In this document: positions 35,898 through 44,873 of the stretch, piece by piece
How the letters are laid out: each line of letters begins with the position of its first letter
Numbering within the stretch: the first letter of the stretch is position 1
Source of the DNA: Pseudomonadota bacterium
GTDB taxonomy: Bacteria > Pseudomonadota > Alphaproteobacteria > Rhizobiales > Beijerinckiaceae
DNA length: 64,000 bases
Direction: 5' to 3'
NCBI GenBank assembly: GCA_023450615.1
Contig: JAEXGT010000018.1
Coordinates: 8,808-72,807, forward strand
The notes under the pieces: generated by a model
The model's input: only the letters and a program-made list of their open reading frames with translations
What the model was told of the DNA's origin: nothing
Databases searched by the model: none
Position numbers and translations under genes: made by a program

Positions 35898-36539
35898 CTA
35901 GGCCTCGTCTCCGACAACTCGCTGGATGAAGCCCGCAATGAGTTCCTTCAGGGCCGCAAGCGAGGGCAGATCCATGAGCATGGCGATATAGCCCCGGATA
36001 TTCCGGTTGCGGACGGAGAAGTTGATATACAGGAAAAGGACCAAGCCCTCATCCGGGCGGGGCTGCATGAGCCTGAACAACTGAGCCCCGTCGCCGCGAA
36101 CGACTTCCGGCAGGGAGATGTTGAGAGAACGCTTCAACATGTTCGCCATCGTGGCAAGACAACCGTTCAGTATCACGTTGCCCGTTTCGGCCAGGGCCTC
36201 CTGTTCCATCTCGTCAACCTGATCGGGGGGCACCTCATCCCCAATGATGGCGCGGACGAGGTCCAGGCTTATGACTTGAGGCAAGATCAGAAGAGCTTGA
36301 CCGGAAAATGCACCTTCGAACTGCTGCTGAATGGCGACAAGCTCGTCTGTCTCACGTTCTCCGATCAGTCGAACCGCATCCTCCGGGGCCATGATCTCGA
36401 CGGATGGAACGGAGAGAAGCACTTCCTCCCCGATCATCTTGCGCAGGCTCGAAGCTGCCCGGCTGACGCCGATATTGACGAGTTCCGTCAGAGCGTCGCG
36501 TTCGAGTTCGGAAAGAGCGATTTCTCGGGGCATGGACAT
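35898..36539 (-). CDS. CheC-type CheY-P phosphatase
   Basis: Two copies of the CheC active-site pattern [DS]-x3-E-x2-N-x22-P: DALTELVN+22aa+P and EALAETGN+22aa+P (the second starts with E). The ATG overlaps the REC stop (TGATG). Confidence 0.75.
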   Translation of the reverse strand: MSMPREIALSELERDALTELVNIGVSRAASSLRKMIGEEVLLSVPSVEIMAPEDAVRLIGERETDELVAIQQQFEGAFSGQALLILPQVISLDLVRAIIGDEVPPDQVDEMEQEALAETGNVILNGCLATMANMLKRSLNISLPEVVRGDGAQLFRLMQPRPDEGLVLFLYINFSVRNRNIRGYIAMLMDLPSLAALKELIAGFIQRVVGDEA

Positions 36540-36922
36540 CACATCCCGCCTGTCCGCAGGCGCAGCGCCGCTCCCGAGATGAAACCTCGCAACCCCTCTT
36601 CGGTCAGAGGCTTGCTGACGAAGGTGGCATTGACCTCACGCGCCCGGGCGATGACCTCGTCCTGGATATTGGCCGTGATCACGGCAATCGGCATCGCCGG
36701 ATGGCTTGAGCGTATTTCACCTGCAAGCTCGAGGCCGTCCTTCTCAGGCATGTTGAAGTCGATCATCGCCACGTCGACCTTCCTAGTACCGAGAACGTCG
36801 AGCGCCTCCTGGGCGTTGCCTGCCTCGACTTTTTCCCAATCAGGCTGCAGGGCCGCCAGAGCCTTGCCTGCAACGATGCGTGCCAGCTTGCTGTCGTCGA
36901 CGATCAGAACGGTTATCGCCAC
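36539..36922 (-). CDS. Single-domain response regulator (CheY-like receiver)
   Basis: LIVDDS, phospho-acceptor context VAMIDFNMPEKDG, VITAN and SKP. 127 aa. The GTG start has a GGAG RBS. Confidence 0.85.
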   Translation of the reverse strand: MAITVLIVDDSKLARIVAGKALAALQPDWEKVEAGNAQEALDVLGTRKVDVAMIDFNMPEKDGLELAGEIRSSHPAMPIAVITANIQDEVIARAREVNATFVSKPLTEEGLRGFISGAALRLRTGGM

Positions 36923-37055
36923 TCAGGTACTCCACTAGGGATAAATTGCCCGGAAGGACCGGAGCGGAATGAAAGGAAACGCTATCAATCTCTTTTAGAG
37001 TATGCCCGAAGAATGACAACTGTTCAGCCTGCCTGTGCTGTCATGCCACCGGCAC

Positions 37056-37292
37056 TTAGCCGGACAGAACCGGGGCAATCCACGCTCGTAAAAATGGGTC
37101 CGCCGCGGCTCCTTTTAGACCTGGTTTGAAGGCCATCAGAATCTGAAGCACGGCGGCATGAAGGTGTTCGGCTTCCGACAGGTCGACGAGCCGGCTCGCA
37201 TCGGCCTGAAGCCATCGAAGCAAGGGCTCCGCATCTTCGACGCGGCACACCCCTTCAAGAACGATGACCTGTCCCTCCAGACGCACGCTCAT
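37056..37292 (-). CDS. Small (78 aa) STAS-like hypothetical protein translationally coupled to cheA
   Basis: ATGA overlap with the cheA stop. The pattern VIVLEGVCRVEDAEPLLRWL...VDLSEAEHLHAAVLQILMA resembles a short anti-sigma-antagonist (STAS) fold without the phosphorylatable Ser. Confidence 0.45.
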   Translation of the reverse strand: MSVRLEGQVIVLEGVCRVEDAEPLLRWLQADASRLVDLSEAEHLHAAVLQILMAFKPGLKGAAADPFLRAWIAPVLSG

Positions 37293-39259
37293 CCGATCAG
37301 CTCCGGAATATCGAGGATCATGAGAACGCGGCCGTCGCCGAGCAGGGTCGTTCCCATGACGCCAGGCATGCCGGCAAGAATGCCTGACATGGGGCGCATC
37401 AGCACATCCATTCTCTCGGCGAATGCATCCACGGCGATCCCAACCGGCCCGTCATCCAGTGCCATCACCACAACCTTCATGCCCGAATTCGGCTCCGTCT
37501 GGCGCGGAATGTCCAAAAGGTCGGAGAGCCTGACCAGAGGAATCGTCCGGTCGCGCAGGACGAAGGCCTCGGCCTCGCGGACCGGAAGGATGCGAGAGGC
37601 GGGCACAAAGGTCGTCTCGATCACTCCATCGAGAGGAATGCCATAGATTTCATGTCCGACCCTGACAGCCATGATCCTTGCCATGACGATGGTCAGGGGC
37701 AGGGTCAGCCGGATCGTCGTGCCGTGGCCCTGCTCGCTTTGAACGGTGGCCTGCCCGCCTAATCTTTCAATAGCGGAGCGTACGGCATCCATACCGACCC
37801 CCCTGCCCGACAGGTCGGTCACCTCCGAAGCCGTCGAGAATCCCGGCGCGAAGATCAGATTGATGATCTCGGAATCGCTCATCCGCTCGATTTCGTCCGC
37901 CGGGGCGACATTCCGCTCGCGGGCGACACGACGGATGACAGCGGGATCGATACCGCGCCCGTCATCCTGAACCTCGACCTGGACCCGGTCGCCCTCGCGA
38001 CGGGCCCGGAGCGCGACCCTGGTCCTTGCTGGCTTCCCGCTTTCCAGACGAACATCCTCCGGCTCGGCCCCATGGCCGATGGCATTGCGCAGGATGTGAA
38101 GCAAAGGTTCGAACAAGCCTTCGACGACGGACTTGTCCGCCTCGACATCTTCGCCCTCCATGGAAAAATCGACCGCCTTTCCCAGCGAACCCGCGATCTC
38201 GCGCACGACGCGGGGGATGCGCCGGAAGATGTCCCGCATGGGCATCATGCGGACATCCATGACGGCCCTGTGCAGCTCCGCCACGATCCGGTCGATGGCG
38301 AACTGGCTCGCGAGAAGTCCCTGCGACAATTCCTTCTGATCCAGCCGGTCCGTGATCTGCCCCGCCAGATGCGCTAAAGCATTCTTCGCAATAACCATCT
38401 CACCGACGAGATCCGCCAGATGGTCGATGCGCGTAGCATCGATGCGGAGCGACCGGGCATGAGTTCCCCCTGCCGCGTCCACTGTAGTGCTTCCGGCTCC
38501 CACTTCGCTGCGGTCCGTCCTGCGATGGGCGACCTCATGGATCGTGACTTGGTCCGGCACGAAACGGAAGACCGCTTTCACTGCATCGAGCCCTGCGCCG
38601 GAAAGCGCCTCGATCCTGAGATTGCATGCGAAGGGATCAATCTCGGAGCTGGGCGGCCAAGGGTCCCGGCTCGAGAAACGGACCGAGACGAGAGCGGGAA
38701 CGGAGCGCAGGAGAGCAACCGGATCGTCGCCCGCAAAGAAGCAATCGGCCCGTGGTGTGTAGCAGATGGTCACGAGGGAGCTTGCCTGCGCCGCCGCATC
38801 CGGGTTCAGAGCCATCAACTCCTCAACCCAGCCAAGGTCGACCAGCGGCGCGGCGGGAGCGGCAGGTGTCAAACCTTGGTCGACCTGTGACCGCAAGCCT
38901 CGCGCGAGACGGTAGCCTTCCTCGGCCGCGCCTTCCGGCAATTGCCCCGTTCGTTCGATATCGCCGATCCACCGCTCCGCTTGTGCGATGCATTCCAGGA
39001 GCGTGTCGATCACTTCGGCATCGGCCCTCGCCTGCCCCTCCTTGAGAGCGCCCAGCAGATCTTCGGCTGCGTGAAGGGCAAGCCCCATGGGCGCGAAGTC
39101 GAAGAGGCCGACGGAGCCTTTGAGCGTATGCACGGCCCGAAAAGCGCTGTCCATCTGCGCCGCGGTGCCAGGATCGCGCTCAAGCGCCAAAAGGTCATCC
39201 GTGGCCTGCTGGATCAACTCGCGGGCTTCGACGACGAAGTGCTGAAGGAGATCATCCAT
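37289..39259 (-). CDS. cheA: Chemotaxis histidine kinase CheA (P1-P5, no fused receiver)
   Basis: Hpt FRAVHTLKGSVG. HATPase N/G boxes HILRNAIGHG, DDGRGID and GRGVGMDAV. C-terminal CheW-like domain. The ATG at 39259 overlaps the cheR stop by 8 nt. Confidence 0.9.
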   Translation of the reverse strand: MDDLLQHFVVEARELIQQATDDLLALERDPGTAAQMDSAFRAVHTLKGSVGLFDFAPMGLALHAAEDLLGALKEGQARADAEVIDTLLECIAQAERWIGDIERTGQLPEGAAEEGYRLARGLRSQVDQGLTPAAPAAPLVDLGWVEELMALNPDAAAQASSLVTICYTPRADCFFAGDDPVALLRSVPALVSVRFSSRDPWPPSSEIDPFACNLRIEALSGAGLDAVKAVFRFVPDQVTIHEVAHRRTDRSEVGAGSTTVDAAGGTHARSLRIDATRIDHLADLVGEMVIAKNALAHLAGQITDRLDQKELSQGLLASQFAIDRIVAELHRAVMDVRMMPMRDIFRRIPRVVREIAGSLGKAVDFSMEGEDVEADKSVVEGLFEPLLHILRNAIGHGAEPEDVRLESGKPARTRVALRARREGDRVQVEVQDDGRGIDPAVIRRVARERNVAPADEIERMSDSEIINLIFAPGFSTASEVTDLSGRGVGMDAVRSAIERLGGQATVQSEQGHGTTIRLTLPLTIVMARIMAVRVGHEIYGIPLDGVIETTFVPASRILPVREAEAFVLRDRTIPLVRLSDLLDIPRQTEPNSGMKVVVMALDDGPVGIAVDAFAERMDVLMRPMSGILAGMPGVMGTTLLGDGRVLMILDIPELIG

Positions 39260-40109
39260 CTCGGTCGTTCCCCGGGCGCTGATAGACGATCGCATCCTCA
39301 AAACGGCGCAAGTCGAAGCGCTTCGAGATCCGCGTCATCGACTCGGTGTGGCCGAGACAGATGTATCCTTCCGGATTCAGGGCCTTGTAAAGGTTGTTCA
39401 CGGTCACGAGACGCGCGGGATCGTCGAAATAGATCAGGACGTTGCGGCAGAAGATGACGTCGAACCGTCCCTGCGCCGCCACGGATGCCGGATCGATGAG
39501 ATTGGCTGCCGTAAACTTCACCGACTCCCGCAGATCCTGGATCAGTCTGCGGCGTCCGTCCCGAAGCGGCTCGAAATAGCGGTCGATCACATCCTGAGGC
39601 AAACGGGAAAGAGCACGTTCTCCATACCTCCCGTCCTGCGCTTCGAGCAGGACGCGCGTATCGATATCCGAGCCGACAATCTCGATGTGATAGGCATCGA
39701 CAAGGGGCCAATTCTCGAGAAGCCAGATGGCGATGGAGTAAGGCTCTTCTCCCGTGGAGCACGGCACCGACCAGATCCGCACGAGATCCCCCGGCTTCCT
39801 GTTCTGCGCGATACTCGGCAGAAGGGAACGGCTGAGGCAGCGCAGCTGATGCTCCTCACGGTAGAAATAGGTTTCATTGACCGTGAAGAGGTTGATCAGG
39901 TGTTCGATTTCGCCCTCGTTGGACGCGATATGCGCGAAATAGGCAGGGAACGTATACGTTCCGGTCGCCGCCATACGGTCGGCGACCCGCCTCTCGATGT
40001 AGTAACGCTTGCTCTCGCCGAAAATCATTCCCGTATGGCGGTAGAGAAATGCGCAAAGCTGGCGGATCTCATCGACAGTCAGCGCATGCTCCTTCCGCGG
40101 CCTGCTCAT
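39252..40109 (-). CDS. cheR: Chemotaxis protein methyltransferase CheR
   Basis: CheR N-domain followed by the SAM-binding core IWSVPCSTGEEPYSIA and VIFCRNVLIYF. ATGA overlap with cheB. Confidence 0.9.
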   Translation of the reverse strand: MSRPRKEHALTVDEIRQLCAFLYRHTGMIFGESKRYYIERRVADRMAATGTYTFPAYFAHIASNEGEIEHLINLFTVNETYFYREEHQLRCLSRSLLPSIAQNRKPGDLVRIWSVPCSTGEEPYSIAIWLLENWPLVDAYHIEIVGSDIDTRVLLEAQDGRYGERALSRLPQDVIDRYFEPLRDGRRRLIQDLRESVKFTAANLIDPASVAAQGRFDVIFCRNVLIYFDDPARLVTVNNLYKALNPEGYICLGHTESMTRISKRFDLRRFEDAIVYQRPGNDRDG

Positions 40110-41209
40110 GGCGACAGCACCATATCCATGATCCGGTCGGCGATTTGCTCAAGAGGCACGACAATCTCGGCCCCACCGCGTCGAACCAACTCACCGGGCA
40201 TGCCCCAAACAACGGCGGTTTCCTCCGCTTCGGCAATGGTCCGCCCGCCCTCGCGCTTCAAACGCGCCATGGTTTCGGCCCCGTCGCTGCCCATCCCGGT
40301 CATCAATACGCCGATGAGACTTTCCGCTGCGAAGTGCTGCATGGCGCTCTCAACCAGGCGGTCGACGCTCGGGTGCCAACGATGCTCAGGCAAAGATGGC
40401 GCGGCCATCACGACGGGACCATCGGGCCGAGTGCTGATGATGACGTCGGCATCGCCCTTGCCGATATAGACATTGCCGGGTTCGAGCGGCATCGGTTGGA
40501 CGGCTTCCATTACCGTGAGAGCGCACAGCTTATCGAGACGGCGCGCCAGAGGACCGGTGAACGAGCCGGGCATGTGCTGGGCCACAACAATCGGCCAGGG
40601 AAAATCCTCAGGCAACCGGGACAGGAGCGCATCCAGGGCAGGCGGTCCGCCCGTCGATGTGCCGATCAGCACGATGCCATGGGCCGGTGCATTTTTGCGC
40701 CGCCGCCGCACCGGGACAGCGGCCACAGGCAGGCGTGGCACGACAACTCTCGCCGGATTTCTTCCCAAGCCGCTGCGCAGGCGCACTCGCTCAGCCAGCC
40801 TCAGGCTGCGGGGCAGACGCGCCCGTGATGCGGCGCGGACCTTCTCCACCAACTGGGGGCCAAGGGTTTCCATTTCGAGCGAAATCGCGCGGTCGGGCTT
40901 TGCGATGAAATCGACAGCCCCAAGCTCCAGCGCTTCCAGTGTGACGCGTGCGCCCGCATCCGTGAGGGATGAAACCATCACCACTGGACATGGGCGCTCC
41001 AGCATGATGCGGTCGAGACAGGTGAGCCCATCCATCTCGGGCATGTTCACATCGAGAGTGATCACGTCCGGCTTGAAGGCGTGCACCTGCTCCAGCGCCT
41101 CCACGCCGTTGCGAGCGAGAGCGATTTCGAAATCGCCCTCGGCGGTGAAGACACTGCCGATCAGACGTCGCATCAATGGAGAGTCGTCTACGACGAGCAG
41201 CCGGATCAC
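40106..41209 (-). CDS. cheB: Protein-glutamate methylesterase CheB (REC plus methylesterase)
   Basis: LLVVDDSPLMRR...ITLDVNMPEMDG receiver, plus an esterase domain with GTSTGGP and the AQHMP...F block. GTGA overlap with the CheW-domain gene. Confidence 0.9.
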   Translation of the reverse strand: MIRLLVVDDSPLMRRLIGSVFTAEGDFEIALARNGVEALEQVHAFKPDVITLDVNMPEMDGLTCLDRIMLERPCPVVMVSSLTDAGARVTLEALELGAVDFIAKPDRAISLEMETLGPQLVEKVRAASRARLPRSLRLAERVRLRSGLGRNPARVVVPRLPVAAVPVRRRRKNAPAHGIVLIGTSTGGPPALDALLSRLPEDFPWPIVVAQHMPGSFTGPLARRLDKLCALTVMEAVQPMPLEPGNVYIGKGDADVIISTRPDGPVVMAAPSLPEHRWHPSVDRLVESAMQHFAAESLIGVLMTGMGSDGAETMARLKREGGRTIAEAEETAVVWGMPGELVRRGGAEIVVPLEQIADRIMDMVLSP

Positions 41210-42639
41210 GGAGCGGAGCGCTCCGGATGATCTTCGTCCATGGCAGCAAGCAGATCCTTCTCGGCGCGATCCAACAACTCGCGCGGATCGAGCAGGAGGA
41301 TCATGCGTCCCTCGACCTCGATATTGGCGATGCGATCGATGACCTGGCTCCCGTCCGCTGCGAGATCGGGGGTCTGGCGAAGCTGCGCTTGAGAAATTTT
41401 GAGAACCTCCGACACGGTGTCGACGACGAAGCCGGCTTGCAGCTCATCAATCCGGACAACCACGATGCGTTCCCGTCGCCTCTCACCCTGAGCGTCGAGC
41501 TTGAATCGCCGCCGCTGATCGATGACCGGAACGACACGGCCGCGCAGGTTCATCACCCCTTCGATGAAGGCAGGAGCCTTGGGCAGCCGGGTCAGCGCAT
41601 CGGGCACGCGCACGACCTCATCGACCGCCCCGATGGGTAACCCGTATTCTTCACCACCCAGCTGGAAGACGATGAACTGCTCCTCGTCACGGTGCGAAGG
41701 CCCGTCAGCTGTACCCATGTCGTGGTTCTTTTCCGTTTGAGAGGAAATCTGCTCGAGCAGGGCCTGATCGCGGAACAGATGGTCCGGCGACAGGATCGAG
41801 ACCAGCCGCTGCCCCCCATCGAGCCGACAGATTCCCTGGATCTGTGCCTCCGCATCTCCCCGGGTGAGGATCGTCGGAACGGGATCGATCATGTCGGGAG
41901 ATATCCGAAGGATTTCCTTCATGCCGTCGGTCGCAAGACCCACCAGCCCTTCACCGATCCGTATCACGACGACCCGGGCTCTCCTGGCATCGCCAGTCGC
42001 GCGAAGGCCAAGCAACCCCCGTAGGGAAACTAGAGGCACGAGCTTTCCGCGCAGGGGAAGCACGCCGAGCATGACAGCATCGGTCTGCGGAACCGCCGTC
42101 ACATGCTCCGGGAGAGCGACAACCTCATGAACGGAAGGCAATGGCAGGGCAAAATCCTGTCCACCCACGGCAAAGCATACCAGGGCGATCTTGTCCGGGT
42201 CCGCGGCCTGCTCATGGTGCACCCGTGGAGCGGCGATTGACCGGCCAGATGCCCGGCGCGTGAAGCTGCCGAAATCCTTGGCGAGCAGCGCATCCAGATC
42301 AATCATCCGCGCCCGCACGTCATCGTTCTCTGACGATGCAAGCGATGCCACCCTATCCACCGCGAGGCCTACAGGGGAACCGCGGTCGATCACGACGACG
42401 CGGGCATTTCCAGAAGGAAGCCCCTCCCGTCCCAGGAGTTTGTGCAGCGACACAACAGGCATCACCGCGCCCCTGAGATTGGCCACGCCAAGCAGGCTGG
42501 AGGGACCAAGCGGCACTCGGGTAACAGCCGGACGGCGGATCACCTCGGCAACATCGGACGCGGGAAGGGCAAAACGTTCGCCCCCCAATTCAACCGTCAG
42601 GAACGATCGCGCGACGGACGCAGGAGCCGCCTGGGCCAT
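41206..42639 (-). CDS. Triple CheW-domain scaffold protein
   Basis: Three CheW-like units (FLTVELGGERFALP..., LVCFAVGGQDFALP..., FIVFQLGGEEYGLP...), each with an NLRG-type motif. The ATG at 42639 lies 5 nt after the MCP stop. The track extension to 42849 overlaps the MCP. Confidence 0.85.
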   Translation of the reverse strand: MAQAAPASVARSFLTVELGGERFALPASDVAEVIRRPAVTRVPLGPSSLLGVANLRGAVMPVVSLHKLLGREGLPSGNARVVVIDRGSPVGLAVDRVASLASSENDDVRARMIDLDALLAKDFGSFTRRASGRSIAAPRVHHEQAADPDKIALVCFAVGGQDFALPLPSVHEVVALPEHVTAVPQTDAVMLGVLPLRGKLVPLVSLRGLLGLRATGDARRARVVVIRIGEGLVGLATDGMKEILRISPDMIDPVPTILTRGDAEAQIQGICRLDGGQRLVSILSPDHLFRDQALLEQISSQTEKNHDMGTADGPSHRDEEQFIVFQLGGEEYGLPIGAVDEVVRVPDALTRLPKAPAFIEGVMNLRGRVVPVIDQRRRFKLDAQGERRRERIVVVRIDELQAGFVVDTVSEVLKISQAQLRQTPDLAADGSQVIDRIANIEVEGRMILLLDPRELLDRAEKDLLAAMDEDHPERSAP

Positions 42640-42643
42640 CACA

Positions 42644-44590
42644 TTACGACTCCACGATCTGGAGTTCATCCGCCAGGGAGGCGATCTCTTCAATCGCGGC
42701 GGCAAGGTCCTCTGATCCTTGCGCCTGCTGACGCGCCGCGCTTGCCGCTTGTGCGGCGGCCGCTCCGGCCTCTTCGGCGACGGCTGCGATCTGTTGGGTG
42801 CCGAGCCGAACCTCGCGCACGGACGTGAGAATGGTGTCCGAACCGGCAAAAATCGCGCTGTTGCCGCGACGGAGCGCCTCGACGTCAGCCTCCACCGCGT
42901 TGAGCCTCTCGGCAGTCAAGGTATTCTTGGCCACCTCGGCTTCCGCAACGACGGCGCTCTGCTCCAAGTCGCGCCGGACGATGATGATCTGCTCGCGGAT
43001 CTGGCGAATGACGTCCTTGATCCGGTCTGCATTCTCGGATGCATCGCGCGCCAGATTGCGGATATCACTGGAGACGATGGCGAAGCCGCGCCCCGCCTCG
43101 CCTACCCGCGCCGCCTCGATGGAGCCGCTCACGGCCAGCATGTTGGTCTGAACCGCCACGAGGGCGATGCTGTCGACGATCTTCTCGATGCGGCGCCCCG
43201 ACTCGTCCAACCCGCTCATCATGTCGATTACGGCACGGGTTTCCTTGAGCCCGCCCTCGACGCCCCTTGCGAGGCGCATGGTTGCGGAGCGGTTTTCCTG
43301 GAACGCGCCGGCAAGGCTTTCGATGCGCTGGACTGCGGTTTCGGCAACCTCCCGCGACGCGCTGGTAGCCCGCTCGATCTGCTCCATGGCCGCAGTGGTC
43401 TGCTGGGTCGCCGCAGCCTGCATCTGCGCTCCCCGGCTGATCTGATCGACCGCCGTCATGATCTCGCCCGCAGCGCCCGAAAGCTCCTGGATGGCCGCCG
43501 AAAGCTCCTCAGCCGCCGAACCGACCTGCTCGGAACTCGCCGAACCCGCCGTGTCGGACTGCAGATTGTCGGCCAGAACCGCCAGGGCATGTGCGGTCTG
43601 CTGGCTCTGGTCCAGCGCGACGCTCTGCTGCTGGACGGCCCGCTGAGCCTCCGCAGCCGCAGCGGCCTGCTCCTCTGCGGCGCTGGCGACCTGCTCGGCC
43701 CCGCGCTGCGCCTCGCGGATAGCTGCTTCCGCCTCGACGGCGGCAACGAGGATTGTCTGGCTGCCCTCCGCGAGGAGGGTAATGTCAGAGCGGATCTTGT
43801 CCAGGGCGGCAACGATGCCGCGCCCGGATTGCGCCTCGCCCGAAGCGGTTTCCGCAGCAGCCCTGATCCTCTCGGCGACGGAGCGCACTTCGCCCGCGAT
43901 CACCTCTGCCAGGGTTTGAATGTCCTGCGCGCTTTTCTCCGAGCTTCCGGCCAGAGCCCGCACCTCGTCGGCCACGACCGCGAACCCGCGACCGTTCTCG
44001 CCGGCCCGCGCGGCTTCGATTGCCGCGTTGAGAGCCAGAAGGTTGGTCTGGTCGGAGATGTCTCCAACCATGCTGGTGATTTCGCCGATGGTGGTGGCCT
44101 GCTGTTCCAAGAGCGAGATGATCTCGACCATGGCTCTCTGACGGGTAGCGTTCGCCTCGACGGATGCCACCGATGTATCGATTTGAGCAGCAGTCTCGAT
44201 CAGGAGGCTCTGGAGGCTCGCGGTCTTCGTGCGCGCCTCTTCCGCATGCTGCCGCGCGCCCGAGAAAGAAGCGCCGAGGCTCACGATGGCGGAAAGCGAT
44301 TGCTGGGATGCGCCCGCAGCCTCCTCGGCTCCGGCGGCGATCTGTTCCATGGAGCGTCGGAGTTCCTCCGCAGCGGCAGACGCCTCCGCCACTCCGCTCG
44401 CCAATTGCTCTGTCGCCGCGCCGATGCGCTCCGCAGCCTGCTGCTTGCGGGCCCTGACCCGCCCGAGGATCCGGCGCTGGGACGCGCCGCCCCGCACAGG
44501 GGAAGGGGATGCATTCGCAGCAGGCGCTTCATCACCGCCCGAGCGAGGGTTGCCCTTGCCCGGGAGTTCGGACGTCTTGACCAATGCCAT
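42644..44590 (-). CDS. Soluble methyl-accepting chemotaxis protein with two tandem signalling (MA) domains
   Basis: No hydrophobic TM segment. Two hairpin-tip motifs lie 300 aa apart: [32 protein letters not shown] (about aa 183-214) and [32 protein letters not shown] (about aa 483-514). Several EE/EQ methylation-like sites are present. Confidence 0.9.
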   Translation of the reverse strand: MALVKTSELPGKGNPRSGGDEAPAANASPSPVRGGASQRRILGRVRARKQQAAERIGAATEQLASGVAEASAAAEELRRSMEQIAAGAEEAAGASQQSLSAIVSLGASFSGARQHAEEARTKTASLQSLLIETAAQIDTSVASVEANATRQRAMVEIISLLEQQATTIGEITSMVGDISDQTNLLALNAAIEAARAGENGRGFAVVADEVRALAGSSEKSAQDIQTLAEVIAGEVRSVAERIRAAAETASGEAQSGRGIVAALDKIRSDITLLAEGSQTILVAAVEAEAAIREAQRGAEQVASAAEEQAAAAAEAQRAVQQQSVALDQSQQTAHALAVLADNLQSDTAGSASSEQVGSAAEELSAAIQELSGAAGEIMTAVDQISRGAQMQAAATQQTTAAMEQIERATSASREVAETAVQRIESLAGAFQENRSATMRLARGVEGGLKETRAVIDMMSGLDESGRRIEKIVDSIALVAVQTNMLAVSGSIEAARVGEAGRGFAIVSSDIRNLARDASENADRIKDVIRQIREQIIIVRRDLEQSAVVAEAEVAKNTLTAERLNAVEADVEALRRGNSAIFAGSDTILTSVREVRLGTQQIAAVAEEAGAAAAQAASAARQQAQGSEDLAAAIEEIASLADELQIVES

Positions 44591-44873
44591 TGAGGCCCCT
44601 TGGGATTGATGGACGATGTTCGGTCGCCTGCCCTACCGGGAAGCCAAACGGACGGCTTCGTCAGAGCGGGTAAGAGCTGGCTTAACTTTTATAGTTGCCG
44701 ATCCTGTCCGAGCAAGGCGCCGCCTGGATTCTTCCTTGATAAAGACGCCCTTTGGCCCCTCTCCGGCCACTTATCCAAACCCTAGCGCGCCCGCCACATA
44801 GACTATGCAAGGATATAAGCTAGAGTGTACGGGAACCGTGTTGCAGCGGTTTTGCCTTCATGAGGGAAACAAG

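Noticed and set aside
36923-37055. Sigma-54-type promoter (TGGCA…) in the internal gap of the Che-like operon
   Set aside because: The minus-strand sequence TGGCATGACAGCACAGG lacks the TTGC element at the required spacing. No enhancer-binding protein is encoded nearby.
42719-44593. 624-aa plus-strand ORF covering the whole MCP gene, plus shorter ones at 43167-43445 and elsewhere
   Set aside because: It is antisense to a gene with unmistakable MCP motifs. Its translation is Arg/Gly/Leu/Asp-rich low complexity with no motif. This is typical of GC-rich DNA, where stop codons are rare in the reverse frame.
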